DNA from: Trichoplax adhaerens
Taxonomy: Eukaryota; Animalia; Placozoa
DNA: 64,000 nt
Assembly: GCF_000150275.1 (NCBI RefSeq)
Contig: NW_002060946.1
Coordinates: 3,615,454 to 3,679,453, forward strand
Reading direction: 5' to 3'
Positions 15,026-27,850 of this stretch are shown in pieces. Position 1 is the stretch's first letter; the number at the start of each line of letters is the position of its first letter. Both the position numbers and the translations under genes were made by a program. The notes beneath the pieces are model-generated. The model made no database searches and was not told the DNA's origin. It saw nothing but the letters and a program-made list of their open reading frames with translations.

Positions 15026-16726
15026 TTAAAATGCTTTGGATAAGAAAACGCCAATTTGTTCTCTAGCATCTAAATAGAAAAGGTTAGCAGTATTATCAAT
15101 AATTAGCTTACAAGTAATCAGGAAGGCATACCTCGGAGAGAAGTGATTTATGCATACCTTTTAAATAGTGAATACAATCATTTTCATTCCATAATTCCTG
15201 CATAGTATTGATGGTATCAATATCCTCATAATTTATATCATGTAGTGCTCGCTTCTTCGTGAGGTACCTATTTAATATATTTATGAAATTGTCATTTCTT
15301 TCTAATAAGAACTACAGTTAATAATAACATAGACAAGATGGCAATGATTCAATCGACTCTCTAACATTAGCCAAGACAAGACTTTACTATAATGCAGTGA
15401 ACATCACTTTTATAAAATTATTTACAATATCGTCTACGAAATAATATAATCACTGTACCAGTTGTAATAAAATCGTTCTATCTCCTCTAACCAATCGAGA
15501 AGATCAACAAGGGCAGGACATGTAGCAGTTGGCATAACAGCATCCTGCAGCTGAATTTCATCTGCATGTATAGGAAATGCATGTATCCTAAGTTTGTTTT
15601 CAACATACAAAAATTGCTAGAGATAAAATATCATGTAAGCTTACCTGCATATTTCTGGTATATACTAAAAGCAGATGCTTTAAATCTTGCAATGGTATTA
15701 GTAATATCGTTACATGTCATCCTATTAATAGTGAGATACGATTAGAACAATTAGTATGATAGGAAAAAATTATAATGACAACGGACCTAAAGTGCTCAAC
15801 ATCAAAAATAAGCAGTTATTCATTTGATAGGACGATAGTAAGGATTGATACATGAATTATTATCCACGAACAAATATTCCATTTCATGCATGTATTTATT
15901 TTACAATAGATAACTTTTATTAATGTTTTGAGATAAATTATAATACATAACCAATTAAGGAAATTGATTTACTGTCATTGCAAGACGATAGGCAACTCAT
16001 ACTACCATAACTAGTGCAATGATTTTTGTTTCAATTCTGATCGACTAGACGTATCAACTTGCGCAAATTATCTACAACCAATAGTTAATCTAGTCTGTAC
16101 TGTATATTCATTAAAGAGAGTAGCAATACGATCATCTTCCTTGGAATAGATATATATTCAAACGCTTATAAGTATTTACTATAATTTGATCATCAATCAT
16201 TTTATTAATTTTATCATCTTCGTCAAGTGCTAGTCTAATCCATCCATTTATTAAAGAGAGTTCGAATATACTTATCTCTATTAAAATACTAAAGATCCAC
16301 AAGGATCTACTATATTTTGACTCTATATATGTATATATAATACGTGAACACAGTATCAATGTGTCTAATTGACCTATAGAGATATTTTACATACGAAGAA
16401 ACAATTTGCTCGATCAGTATGGATCCCTTACTATCTCCACATTACAAGGTCGTCACTTACAAATCAGTCTTCAAGGCATTCATCAAGGCTTCCATAGCTT
16501 GAACTTGCTTATAATTTAGACGGATAATTAAATCTTGAAATTGACCTAGTTGCGTTTTTTGCCATAATCCTTTTTGATCGCAAGTCCTTGTAGCCTGGAG
16601 TTGATCAGCAAGATTGGTCAAAGATTGTAGACATTTCTTGGAGCTATTGTGTGCAGCTTCCCATAGCACCAATTGATCTAGAATTTTCCTATAGATAGGC
16701 TGTAATTGCTTCAAGCAATAATCCAT
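15026..16726 (-). CDS. C1orf109: C1orf109/AIRIM homolog (AFG2/SPATA5-complex ribosome maturation factor), about 5 exons
   Basis: Exon 1 has LQSLTNLADQLQA and FQDLIIRLNYKQ. Later exons read MTCNDITNTIARFKASAFSIYQKYA, DAVMPTATCPALVDLLDWLEEIERFYYNW, YLTKKRALHDINYED and DAREQIGVFLSKAF*. These match recalled human C1orf109 motifs (LSSLSNLAEQLQA; PSVADMLEWLQDIERHY). Confidence 0.85.
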
Positions 16727-17104
16727 GATACATTCCTGAACGTGTTCTACCCTCTAATCTTCTCAATTTAGCAATAAATTCACTCATTGGAGCCCATTTT
16801 CACCAATCGATTGCACTTTCCAGCTAGCCAGAATTTTTGGAGGTGCTGGTTTGCTGAGGAACGCCAGCAATAAACTATACAGTAACGAGCTTTGTGTACG
16901 ATACCGTAGTAATTTTACCATACTGTACAATACTGTGCAAAATGAAAGGTCAACGCTACACCGAATCAGGCGTCTCTTTATATTGAATAGATAAGATGAT
17001 ACCACTAGAACGAGAAAGAGGGTGACATCTTACTTTGCACGAGATCCCATATACACATACAATTGCTCTGGATCAGAGGACCCCCACACTCGACAACTTC
17101 GACT
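16727..17104. promoter_or_regulatory. Putative bidirectional promoter C1orf109/ZFAND1
   Basis: Only 378 bp separate the two divergent ATGs; GC is locally elevated. Confidence 0.7.
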
Positions 17105-20100
17105 ATGGATATCGGCCAACATTGCCATTGGAAGGAATGCAATCGACTTGGTAAGTAGAAATAACTAGCAATCCATTTGATTTTGCGCCCAGAAATGAGC
17201 ACAGTAGGAATAAATTGTTCCCATCTGGATAGAATATCATTCTGATGGTCATGATTGAGGCTTTGATTGGCATTATTTTATAGATTTTCTACCGTTTACA
17301 TGCCCTAGATGCTCAGCAATATTTTGGTAAGAATGAATGAAATTTTCTGCTGGTAATAGAATCATTCAATCATAGCGTAGAATATAAATCTATTCCATCA
17401 TCTTAGATCGTCCTATTCATATGATTATTGTTACTAGGATAAGATGGCAGTTTCTTGATGTTGTATTCTGCTGCATCGTAGTCTCTCACGCTTATTTATG
17501 AATATCATTTCCTGTAATTCTATAAAGTTACTTTTCTTTATTATAACAAAATCTGCTCTACTATGGTAACTCCATTCAGCGTGTAAATCTTACAAGAATT
17601 TATAATACTGTAACAGATTTATTACTGATTCTCTAACGATTGAGATACGATGTAATAGTACAACAAGCTCTAACAGACAAGGAAAGACTTCTTACAACAG
17701 CAAATCTTAGAAAAGAAGGACTAAGAACAATAACAACAGAAGAAAACGTAGATAGATACAATACATTACCTAACCTGTTTAGAACATAAAGATTGCGAAT
17801 AAAGATCGCTCAACACTTATGGAATTTAGTAGGAGAACGAAATTTCTATCATTAGTATTGCATTCTATGAAGCTGAAATCAATATACTTGAATGATCATA
17901 AACATTGCTTATATATACCTATTAATTACTGTCAACAGCCCTAGATGTGGTATTATTATATTTAAGTTATATCTAATTTACTTCTATATAACATGCTGAC
18001 AACAATAACTTATCCAATAGCTTCACTACATTCAAGTACATATTCTTTCTTCAAATCAATTAGCAAGGATCACATCCAATTCGATACTCATCAATGCCCA
18101 AATCAGGTTTTTATCAATAATATTTATTTTAAATACTAAGACATCAATTAGGCTAGACAGACTCAAGCATTTGTTCACTGAAAGGAATATGATTTTAATT
18201 CATATACAGCATGTTATCTGGATCTACTGTTGATTTAGCTTTAAAAGAGCTCTATTTGTATAGATATGATCAAAAAATAGCTATTGGACGTACTTAAATT
18301 CTAATCTTCAGATAAATATTGGTTGCTAGTATTATCTATTCGACTGGACTTCTGTAATTGGATTACGTGTAATAAATTCATGATCTTACTGCTGATACAG
18401 ACAATATGTGAATTGCATAAGCAAAAATTGTGCTAATAATGAAAGACTACTTTACCAGCTCTCCTACAGTATTATTGCAAATGATTGCTCTTAACTACAT
18501 TTACCATACATTCTTTCATATTACCAATGGCAGACGACGTATAATAATAGTTGTAATTTATCATTTCTTAACTTGTTAGTGCTTGAAGTATATTTCTGAA
18601 CAACTACCGACTTGAATACAGGTAGATATTTTTATATCCCACTGAAACTTTTTAAATGTCTGTGCAGGTTGATAATGTGCTAGAAACACTTCCTAGTCAA
18701 CTATTATCCGAATCGAAGTGTTCTATGAATGATTGCAATCAAATTTCAACAGTATGGGTAGAATGTGAAGATTGCAAGAAATTATTTTGTCTCAAGTAAG
18801 TTTTGCCTTACCAACAGCACTATATATTAGAGTTCCTATAAAAGTTAAAATAATATCTCATCTAATACAACTGTTTTCGAAACCATCATATCAAATGATT
18901 AGGCATCGAAATCAACTTGATCATAATTGCATCAACTTGAAGAAAGATAATAAAATACAAATTAAACCTCAAATAAATGTAAACACTAACACCGGTACTA
19001 ATAAGAGAAAAGGTCAATAAACAATATCACTCTACTTTAACACATTACTACTTTACGTTTATTCGTTAGCTATTTACAAATTATCCAATTTGGTATATCA
19101 TTCTAGCCAAATGGTAGAATCAAAATTAGTCTGGCAGTGTTTTGAAATGATTAAATAATCCGTTTCTATCAATGTTTATGCCCTATCTAGGGCCCATGAG
19201 TGAAAAAGGAAAGAAAACTGCTACTATTATCTCTGCAATGAAGCTTAAAATGAAAGCAACCGGAAGTTCTAGTATACCACAGGTAATTCATCTTAAATGT
19301 CCTTACATATTACTGATTTCTAACTCACCAACCCGTAAAAAACATTAGTTTAAATGTAAAGATTGCACTACATTATTTAGTAAGCCCTGATCACGTTCGT
19401 TGCCTGATACATTGTGATTCTGATTCGAAGCAAAAGATAAATAGCTCGAGGTCATTCTAACTGAAAGATTGAGTCTTACTCCACTTTAAAGAAAGATTAT
19501 ATCTTGATTTAATGTTACCTAGTAGACTAGAATAATTTTCGCAAACATTACAATACATTACTCAGAAAATACTGGCCACAGTAATTTATTCGATGCATTA
19601 TAATTCCGGTTCAAAGCGTAAACATAGAATAAATAGCTCAAGATCCATCTAACGGAAAAGCTCCTTTTTACGTCAATATATAGGAGGAAAGATTATATTT
19701 TAATATTGTATTACCAGATGGACAGAAAATTCCAATGTTCTTTTCTTCGGTATGTACTGTACAATGCGATATATATACATATACAAAAAATTTACTTGCT
19801 AAACTAAAAGAACAAATAATTCAATTTTGATTACGACAATCTAGAAATGGGCAGGTGGTAAGGTCCTAGACAATATTCTTTACCATAGAAAAACTCTGGG
19901 CTCTAACTCTAAGGTAAACAAATACTTTAACTAGAACGTGGCCACCCTATCTAAGAATAACATTTTAATGGATTATTTTAAAATTTCATACTTTGAGATG
20001 CCTTTTATCCTGTAATACGTAAGGGAATTGGCACTAAATCACTTAGCTTCGATTGTAATTGTGCGTAAATTGGGTGTTTGTGCAATCTCAGGGTTAATTA

Positions 20101-20237
20101 AATTTCCTTTCTGAGTGCAGATATTCAAGCTACGCCATAATGAATCTCAAAACTATGTTGATCTAAACAAATCTCTTCAAAGTCAAGAAATTGAAAGCGG
20201 TAGCACGATAGCCCTGATTTCGAATATAGCCCCATGA
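17105..20237 (+). CDS. ZFAND1: AN1-type zinc finger protein 1 (two AN1 fingers plus ubiquitin-like C-terminal domain), about 9 exons
   Basis: MDIGQHCHWKECNRLDFLPFTCPRCSAIFCKDHIQFDTHQCP; second finger KCSMNDC..VECEDCKKLFCLKHRNQLDHNC; AMKLKMKATGSSSIPQEERLYFNI..PMFFSSKWAGGKVLD. Stop TGA at 20235-20237. Confidence 0.92.
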
Positions 20238-21181
20238 CTTCAGTTTAGCATTCTTGTTGGAATTAGTTTACATAATCAAATTTATTTATATATTTTGACG
20301 AAGAAATCAATCATACTAGCATTTACGATAAATTCTAAACATTTTTTCTGAAGATAAATGTATATATATATATATACCAGTTATCATCGTCATTGCTAAC
20401 GTTAAAGTCAATCACTTTTAAATGTACTTAACGAGAAAGAAAGCTACAAGTCAGATTTCAAGCAACCTTATCTTCTCGGTAATGCATGATTAATCTGCGA
20501 ATGCAGTAGATGCGACTACTGTGAATTTACTATAAAAATATATATATCGTATAATTTCATGAATTGTTTTCGTGGGTATAGAAGAAATTTATGCTAGGAT
20601 TATACGCTATTTTCTTCCACCAACTATCCATTATAATCGTGACATTTTAATCTAATTTACTTTATAAGTTTAAGAAATACCGTAACGAAAGACTACGGTT
20701 GTTACTGTCTTTTGTACTGTCATACTTGTTATCAATAGCCAACCAAATGAATACAAGATTTAAAATTTGGAGACAATTTTCTCATTTTTAAATTTAATCT
20801 TAATAAAAACTCATTTGAACAAAGTGTAAATTGCTGTGTCTAAGGTTAATAGTGATACGAAATCCATCTGTAGCATAAAATAGAATTATCTTGTAAATAT
20901 AATCATAACGTACGACTTGACAGATTAACTAATAACTAAGATTAGTAACTGTAATTACTTAATTAATTAAACAACAAATAGATGTTGATGCTCCATAAGA
21001 TTTATACGCATCCACAGTCTGTGAAAAGCTAGCATAACAAATCAGCTTACATTTCTTTATAATAATCCTGCGATAAATTGAAAATTTCTATCATTTCTTT
21101 TCATATAACTAATATACTACTATGCAGATATCTAAATCGTGATCTATCAACTTAAGTGAGTGAAGGGGTGACAAACAACTG

Positions 21182-24100
21182 TTACACCGAAACAAGAGAA
21201 GGCATGTTTACAAAATCAGTTCCACTACGAAACATGAAGCCCAATGTAACCAAAACGCCAACACCCCAAAAAAGGACGTAACCAAATTGTAATTGTAAGT
21301 TTGCTAACATAAATAAAAATGAAATTATAGCAATTAGATTAATATTAGCAAAATAACTGCGTAGTGCACGATAACATAAAAAGTGCCTTTATGTAGCTTG
21401 ACTTTCAAGATTTCATGATATGTAAATACATCCGTATACCATTACTAGAGCATTAGCCAATATACATTAAGACTCACTTTCCGGAATAACCAGCGATATC
21501 ATTAGCATGGAAAGGCAAAATAGTATTATCAAAGGCAACTACACAATCAAAACAAAAATAAAAATGTCAGTACTTTGACCCACTATCCAATAAGATCTAT
21601 GAACTAACGATCACGTAAAACAATTGAATTCTAACCACAAGTCTACGTCTTTGTCCCTTCTTCAATGGGGAGGGGAAATCAATGCCTTCTCTTACATTCA
21701 CATTATAAGTACCTAGAAGTAATGCTAAAGAATCCTAGGAGACATAAACAAAAATTGTACAAAGTGTTAGAATAGTCTATAACACGATGCAATTTTAATT
21801 AGCTAGAAAACATCATTACTAGTCTAAATCCATCTGTAAAATTATTCTTATAATATCTTGTAGCAGAATTAACGAAATCATTGAACGCTCCAGCAACTGT
21901 ACGTTTTCCAGTTCTATAAACGGTCGGAAGAGATAGATAAGTTGATTAGTTATTCAATCAGGACCGTCAATAAAGATCCTTAAAGTTAAACTAAAGCGAC
22001 AGAATACGTAATAGAGATTACCGAGTAAAGTCTGTTTTTAAAGCTCCAGTTCCACTGTATTGGGTACTAACAGTATTTGCATTGTCCGCCCAGGCTATAC
22101 CATAATGTAATAAAATACTAGTTAATGATAAATAATGTTTATTTGATAAAATGTCAGATTTATTATATGGAAATAATTTAGACTTGAGAAAATCTTACCG
22201 TTCATATAAACGTTTTGAAATTCTTTCTGATCAGACAATTTCTCTCCGCTACTTAAGATCCCCAGTCGCTAATTCAATTTTAAATTAAATTTTATTTATT
22301 AAAGAATTTCTAAACTGATTTAATAAAGCACTCTCCTCTATGAAAGATATCAAAAAACCTGTAGTTGATCTTGAACAGAAAGATGCGCTAACATACTTTG
22401 TACTACGTTAGTTCTGAAATAATATATTACAGCACAAAATTAGAAAGAACTATAAGATAAAACTGATTGATCTAGACATCTGTTACCTGTCCAGACAATC
22501 AATGCAATTAGTTCTGAATGCCCCTGTTTGAGCGCTAACAACTGATCCATCATTTCGAACCATAAAATAACCATATCGAACTCGATCGCTCTCCAAGCGA
22601 TCTAATAGTATTGAAAGCTTTTCATATTTCATATTCTTACACTCATGATGAAAATCGAATGCCTCGTACCTAACAGCAGATGATACATTATAACCTTATC
22701 ATAAGTCTGACCGAGACAATTAAATTAAATTACAACATTTTTCAGATTACAGCTTAAATTGCTTTTACCTCACTTCTTTATAATTGATTTGTTCAACAAC
22801 TCCTTTGTAAGCGATACCCAGAGACTGTTCGCTGCCTGTTTGATTAATCTAAAAACAACCCAATCGTCAATCTTTGTAAATAGACAGCTATCATCATAAA
22901 AATAACAATCTTATTTGATAAAAATAGGGTATTTGAGACACATACCAAATCAATTAAAGTTTGATGACCGTATTGAAGAATTTGCTGATCAAAGTGACGA
23001 CTGGCAGCTAATCCCTAAAAATCAAATTGACATGTTTCAAAGCGGAAGTACGCTAAATTTATAAATACGCAACTGCATAGTAAAACAGAAGTACAAAATA
23101 GCACTGGTAAATTGCATATATGTAATTCATTAGCGGATTGCAGTATGAGTTTGGCTATAAAATATGTTTATCTAGACAGTAATAAATCAAAGATTTTCAA
23201 ATGAATAGTAGTAAAAATAAATTGGATCAGATTTTACAATGTGTGCATATTAAGAACACATGTCAAGAAAATATACTCAATAATTTATAATTAAACAAAG
23301 AAAATAAATCAAAACAACAATATTACAGTTACACAACGACATACGTGATCAGCGTCAGCCATCACTTCTGGTTTTAGCTTATATTTCAGATTAGGCCTTT
23401 GTTTCCAGAATAAAGGAATAGATCCGCGAATCTAATAAAGACGGTGTAAGCTGTCAAAATTTTACACTATGGATATCGTTTTCAGTTACGAAATTCAGTA
23501 TTTAACCAACTTGAACAAATGATGATTTATTGCCATTGTAGATAATAGCCTGTTCAGTCTCAACATTGTTTGCAACATTACCATCCTCATCGATTCCACG
23601 GGTGAAATACCGCGTTCCTACAATAATTAGAATTATAATAAAAGTGAATTCTTTCAGTTTTACGATATAACTGCAGTAATTATACAGAACTTTTATGCAA
23701 AGTCTCTTATAGTCATTTAAGGGATCATCTTCCTAATTTTTTAATTAACCGTCAGTAATTCTTACCAACTCTAAAAATGTTCCTCCTTGATATTAATATC
23801 ATGTCGACAGAGTATCTTTTTATAGTGCATGTTTTAATAAATACAACTACAACCATTGTTAAGGATAAAGTTTGCTTTATGCTGACATAGTATGCTAGAT
23901 GCAATTCAAAAACCTCTTTAACTATAACTACTTAAAAATCTCAACTTCATTTCAAGGATACAGCCACACATAACAGGTAAGATATATTGTTGTAGCTATA
24001 TAAATTGAATGAAAAGAGATCCAATATCTTAGATATAACAGTGTCTTGAATAATTTACTGCACTTCTACGTAAACTTAATTATACATTATTGTACAGTTG

Positions 24101-27041
24101 ATGTAATAACTCGGTCATTTCTATGATCGACGATACTAAGATAAATCTTAAAATGAGGTCAAAAATTACATCAGGTTGTGCCATTAGATCTCTTAGAGCG
24201 TGGAGATTCCAAACAAATCTATGGTCAGCCTACAAAATTCAGGTTAAGCATGAGATATGTCAGCATTAAACCTTCACGGTTTCATATCAATTAGCTACAG
24301 ATCTAATTTCTCTGCTTAGAATATGAAAATGGTAAATAATTTTAACCGCATTAACCAAAAATAGTCATACAAAATTGAGATATTCTATCATCGTATTTCA
24401 TACCCTTTCATATAAAGCCATACTTTTAAATTCTGGGCTGGTCTTTTGAAGGCGTTGTAATGTGTGTGTAATATCGTAAGTGTATGAAAAGTAAAGACCC
24501 TCCATGCTGCATGCATATTCGAGTAGAGAGACGTAATGCTTGTTTATATTTTGCTGTGAGGAAATGAACAACATTGTAACAATTGTCAAATATTTCTTAA
24601 AATAAAAATTACACCTTTTCTTTCTTATTAATTTAAAAACAAGTGTAAAGCTAAACAGTATTTTAGGATAAGAACCCAATCATTTTTTAGCATCAAAAAG
24701 TTTTGCTTTTTACAACTGTCAACTAATACAAGTAGTATCACTGGAGACAGTACAACTTATCCGGTAATTTTTGAAAGGTTTAATAAAAAAATATTATATC
24801 GTTGCTATAGCACAAGACCAAAAGCATCAATTTTTTAGAAAAGCGTGATCAGAATACTGATTTCTAGTACCTGCTCTTCATTTAAATGATAGGTCCCTCT
24901 TCTAAACGATAGCACCTCTAATTTGTTTATTTTCCAAATAGTCTCTCCATTAATATCACCAATGCGACTTCTTCCAGTAATGATAATAAGATATGGACCT
25001 AATTAAGTTATGGAAAAATTTGAATTAACAAAACAAAAATTAATGATGTGCGCATAATAATAAATGTAAAATACATACTTATTTAGGCATCAAGAAATAT
25101 AAGCATCACTGCAGTAATAATTAATAACAGTACAGTACTGAGAGTATAATTGTGCGACATTTTTATTATCCATAATTGGTTGATAAATTTAATTATCAGA
25201 AATTGAATAGTACCAACTTCATTCTATGTCAGTCTTTGTAACTTAACAACAGTAATCGAAAGTATTATTTAGCTTCACTAAGGATACTGAACGATGATCT
25301 TCTAAACTGTATCTATAATATGCAACAGTTACTAATAGTATGAAATGGCTGGTTTACATCGATGAAATATCTGGACAATAACGTTCCAATGCAGTTAGAC
25401 AATCAACACCAAGATCTATATTAAAATTGTATTCTAATCAATGACAGCTACATGATATATGTATAACATCAAGAAAGACACTAATTCTCGAAAAGGCAAC
25501 CTCTATAAATTTTTAATCTCAAACATTTGAATTGCATGTTATTCACTTCATCTAGTTACATTAATACTATTGAATTCTTACAAGAAATTAAGTGGATGAT
25601 ACCAAATATACCAAAAATTTCTTTGGATGTTACACTACCAGGTATTTCTCCAGTATTTTCTGTAACAAAATGTTTGAATATTTCATTACTTTATTGCAAT
25701 GGACTACAACATCTATTCAATACTGTAGAGAAAGGATAATATAGTTATTCTGTTGGCAATTAATACTACAGTTCATGTCAGCTAATACGATGGTAAAATA
25801 GTGGTAGAGATAGGTTAGTTTGTTGCCAACTGCATATCTTCACGGCTATGCAATTTCTTTATTATGGATGGAGAAATAACTAAATGGTTTACTAACGACC
25901 AACCTACTAATCTCATATCTCCATTTATTCTATCAATTTCCAACATTTTGGCCATAGGGCCTTTGCCATCGCGAGGCTCAACATAGAATTTATCGTCAGC
26001 GATATACCTGTAATACACAATGAAAATAGAGAGATTAAGTAATAGAAAACGATCCATTGGGTCCTTGAAATATTTAATAGTAGAAATACATTGAAAATGC
26101 ATTAGATACAAGGCAAGTAATCCTTTATCAATAAAATATGAGCCATCATCAGCATGGAGTCTTGATACTCGGTATAAAATGAAAATGAATCAATGGACGA
26201 TAGCGTCATAGTTAAGAAATGGTAAAATTCAGAATGATCAATCCACTGCATGTACAAGAAGAAATAGATTACATATATTTATCTTTTATATTTGAAGAAG
26301 TAGATACTAATGTCTATAGGGTAATTGGATTAATTGTATGAACGGAATGATCACATCAAACAGTGGTGGAGATCTTTCTTAACTTGTGATGTTGTCTATT
26401 TCTCTCCTATTGTCAACATTCTATTTTTTCTTCGATAGTTGTAAAATCAATAGGAACTGATTTCCTATTGATTTTACACCGGTTGAATATCAATATCGTC
26501 CAACCTAGGCAGACTACTTTTGGCGTACATAGCAAGCATGAAAGGCTATCACCATCCATGATAACAGTATGTAAACCATGGCTAAGACATACAGATCCGA
26601 TCTAATGCAAAAATACCAGTCGATTTTAGCCATCAGTCTGTGATTCATTGACGTCCTGATGGATTGGTCAATTGGTCAAAAGAACGGACGATTGATATTG
26701 CTTATCCTTTTTCACCGATTGGCATGGATGGTAATGCGTCCATTTTCCATCCTAACCTACACACGATGTAGGAAATCGTACCCTAACACTTTCTATTGAT
26801 AAACAAATTGCTTAAGCCTTGTCTCTACTCTACTTGTCGATGATGTAATCGATGACGATGATGATGATGATGATGAAAATCAAGTTGTCAAATCAACATC
26901 CATAATTGTCCAAGTGGACGCCATGCAAGCTGCTGATGTAAGATTTATGGACTACGATCATTTGCGCCATGTTGCATTCATTTTATAATCCATTGATAGA
27001 CTAAGATAGACTTACAAGCGTAGATTCTGGTAGCACTGCAT
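21182..27041 (-). CDS. SACM1L: Phosphatidylinositol-4-phosphate phosphatase SAC1, about 20 exons
   Basis: MQCYQNLRL|[11 protein letters not shown]; [17 protein letters not shown]; ADHRFVWN; [28 protein letters not shown]; [17 protein letters not shown]; catalytic [16 protein letters not shown] (CX5RT); [24 protein letters not shown]; two C-terminal hydrophobic segments; ending [11 protein letters not shown]. Confidence 0.95.
23847..23961 (-). other. U12-type (minor spliceosome) GT-AG intron in SAC1
   Basis: Minus-strand donor T|GTATCCTTG. Branch point TCCTTAAC (23858-23865) lies 11 nt before the end of the intron, with no polypyrimidine tract. Removing the intron restores LPVMCG|FVFIK. Confidence 0.9.
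26440..26478. repeat. Perfect 17-bp inverted repeat with 5-nt loop in SAC1 intron 1
   Basis: TGTAAAATCAATAGGAA-ctgat-TTCCTATTGATTTTACA. Confidence 0.9.
26852..26876. repeat. (GAT)n microsatellite
   Basis: gatgacgatgatgatgatgatgatg. Confidence 0.8.
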
Positions 27042-27850
27042 CCTTGTTGGGCTGTATACTATGCAAATCCAATGGAATAAGGCAAAATTCCACCAAAGTC
27101 AGGCAGGAAAGGAAGAAATCGTCCGGCAGAAATTTGGAGCTTGGGCGGATCTTTTCTGCACTGAAGGGATCCACTTTCTCTCTCGTCTTCGATCTTATAC
27201 TGTCTCTTGATGGTATCTTGGATGTTTCAGCATGTATACTATCATTTGTATGCAATAGCAGACAGGCAAAAAGGACTATCTATTGTATGATACATGAGCT
27301 ATGATACAGTCTATTCCATTGTAAACTCTGCTGAAATGCCTATTGGATACGAGGCCTCAAGTTCTACACTATAGCGTTACGGCGGAGCTCTATATCGCCC
27401 CTTTTACAGTTGATACTGAAAACGCTCAAAATCAGCAAGTGTTTCAACTCAAAATGGGGTCTAGACGCCGATCAACCAACTCGAACGCAATGCCATGTAT
27501 GAGATGCACCATTAATCATGATGCCTATTTTCAACGCTGTAGAATCGACAGTCTAGTGTCGCATGTTCGACTTTCCTCTACGCAGTCTCTATAGCGTCTG
27601 GATAGAGGCGTGCTACCATCACAAGCCAACACCAAGCTAGCATCTCCATGGTAGCTTAGCAATCCGCTGCACAATCCACTCTCAAGAGCAGCTAGAAGCC
27701 ATCCCTTCGCTTTAATCCTTGTCCTACAGCGGTGTTGCAGACTGTTCTAACTCTTGGAAGAGAAAAAGCCGATCGTAAAAGCTGCGTGTAAAGGTACAAG
27801 TGGCTAGCTTACAAGACCTCCGCAATATCTCTGCAAAAATTGTTGATTGC

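Noticed and set aside
26895-27255. Alternative SAC1 starts (ORF 27001-27255; ATGs near 26923 and 26970)
   Set aside because: Only MQCYQNLRL at 27041 gives a GTAAGT donor in the phase required by exon 2 and resembles the SAC1 N-terminus.
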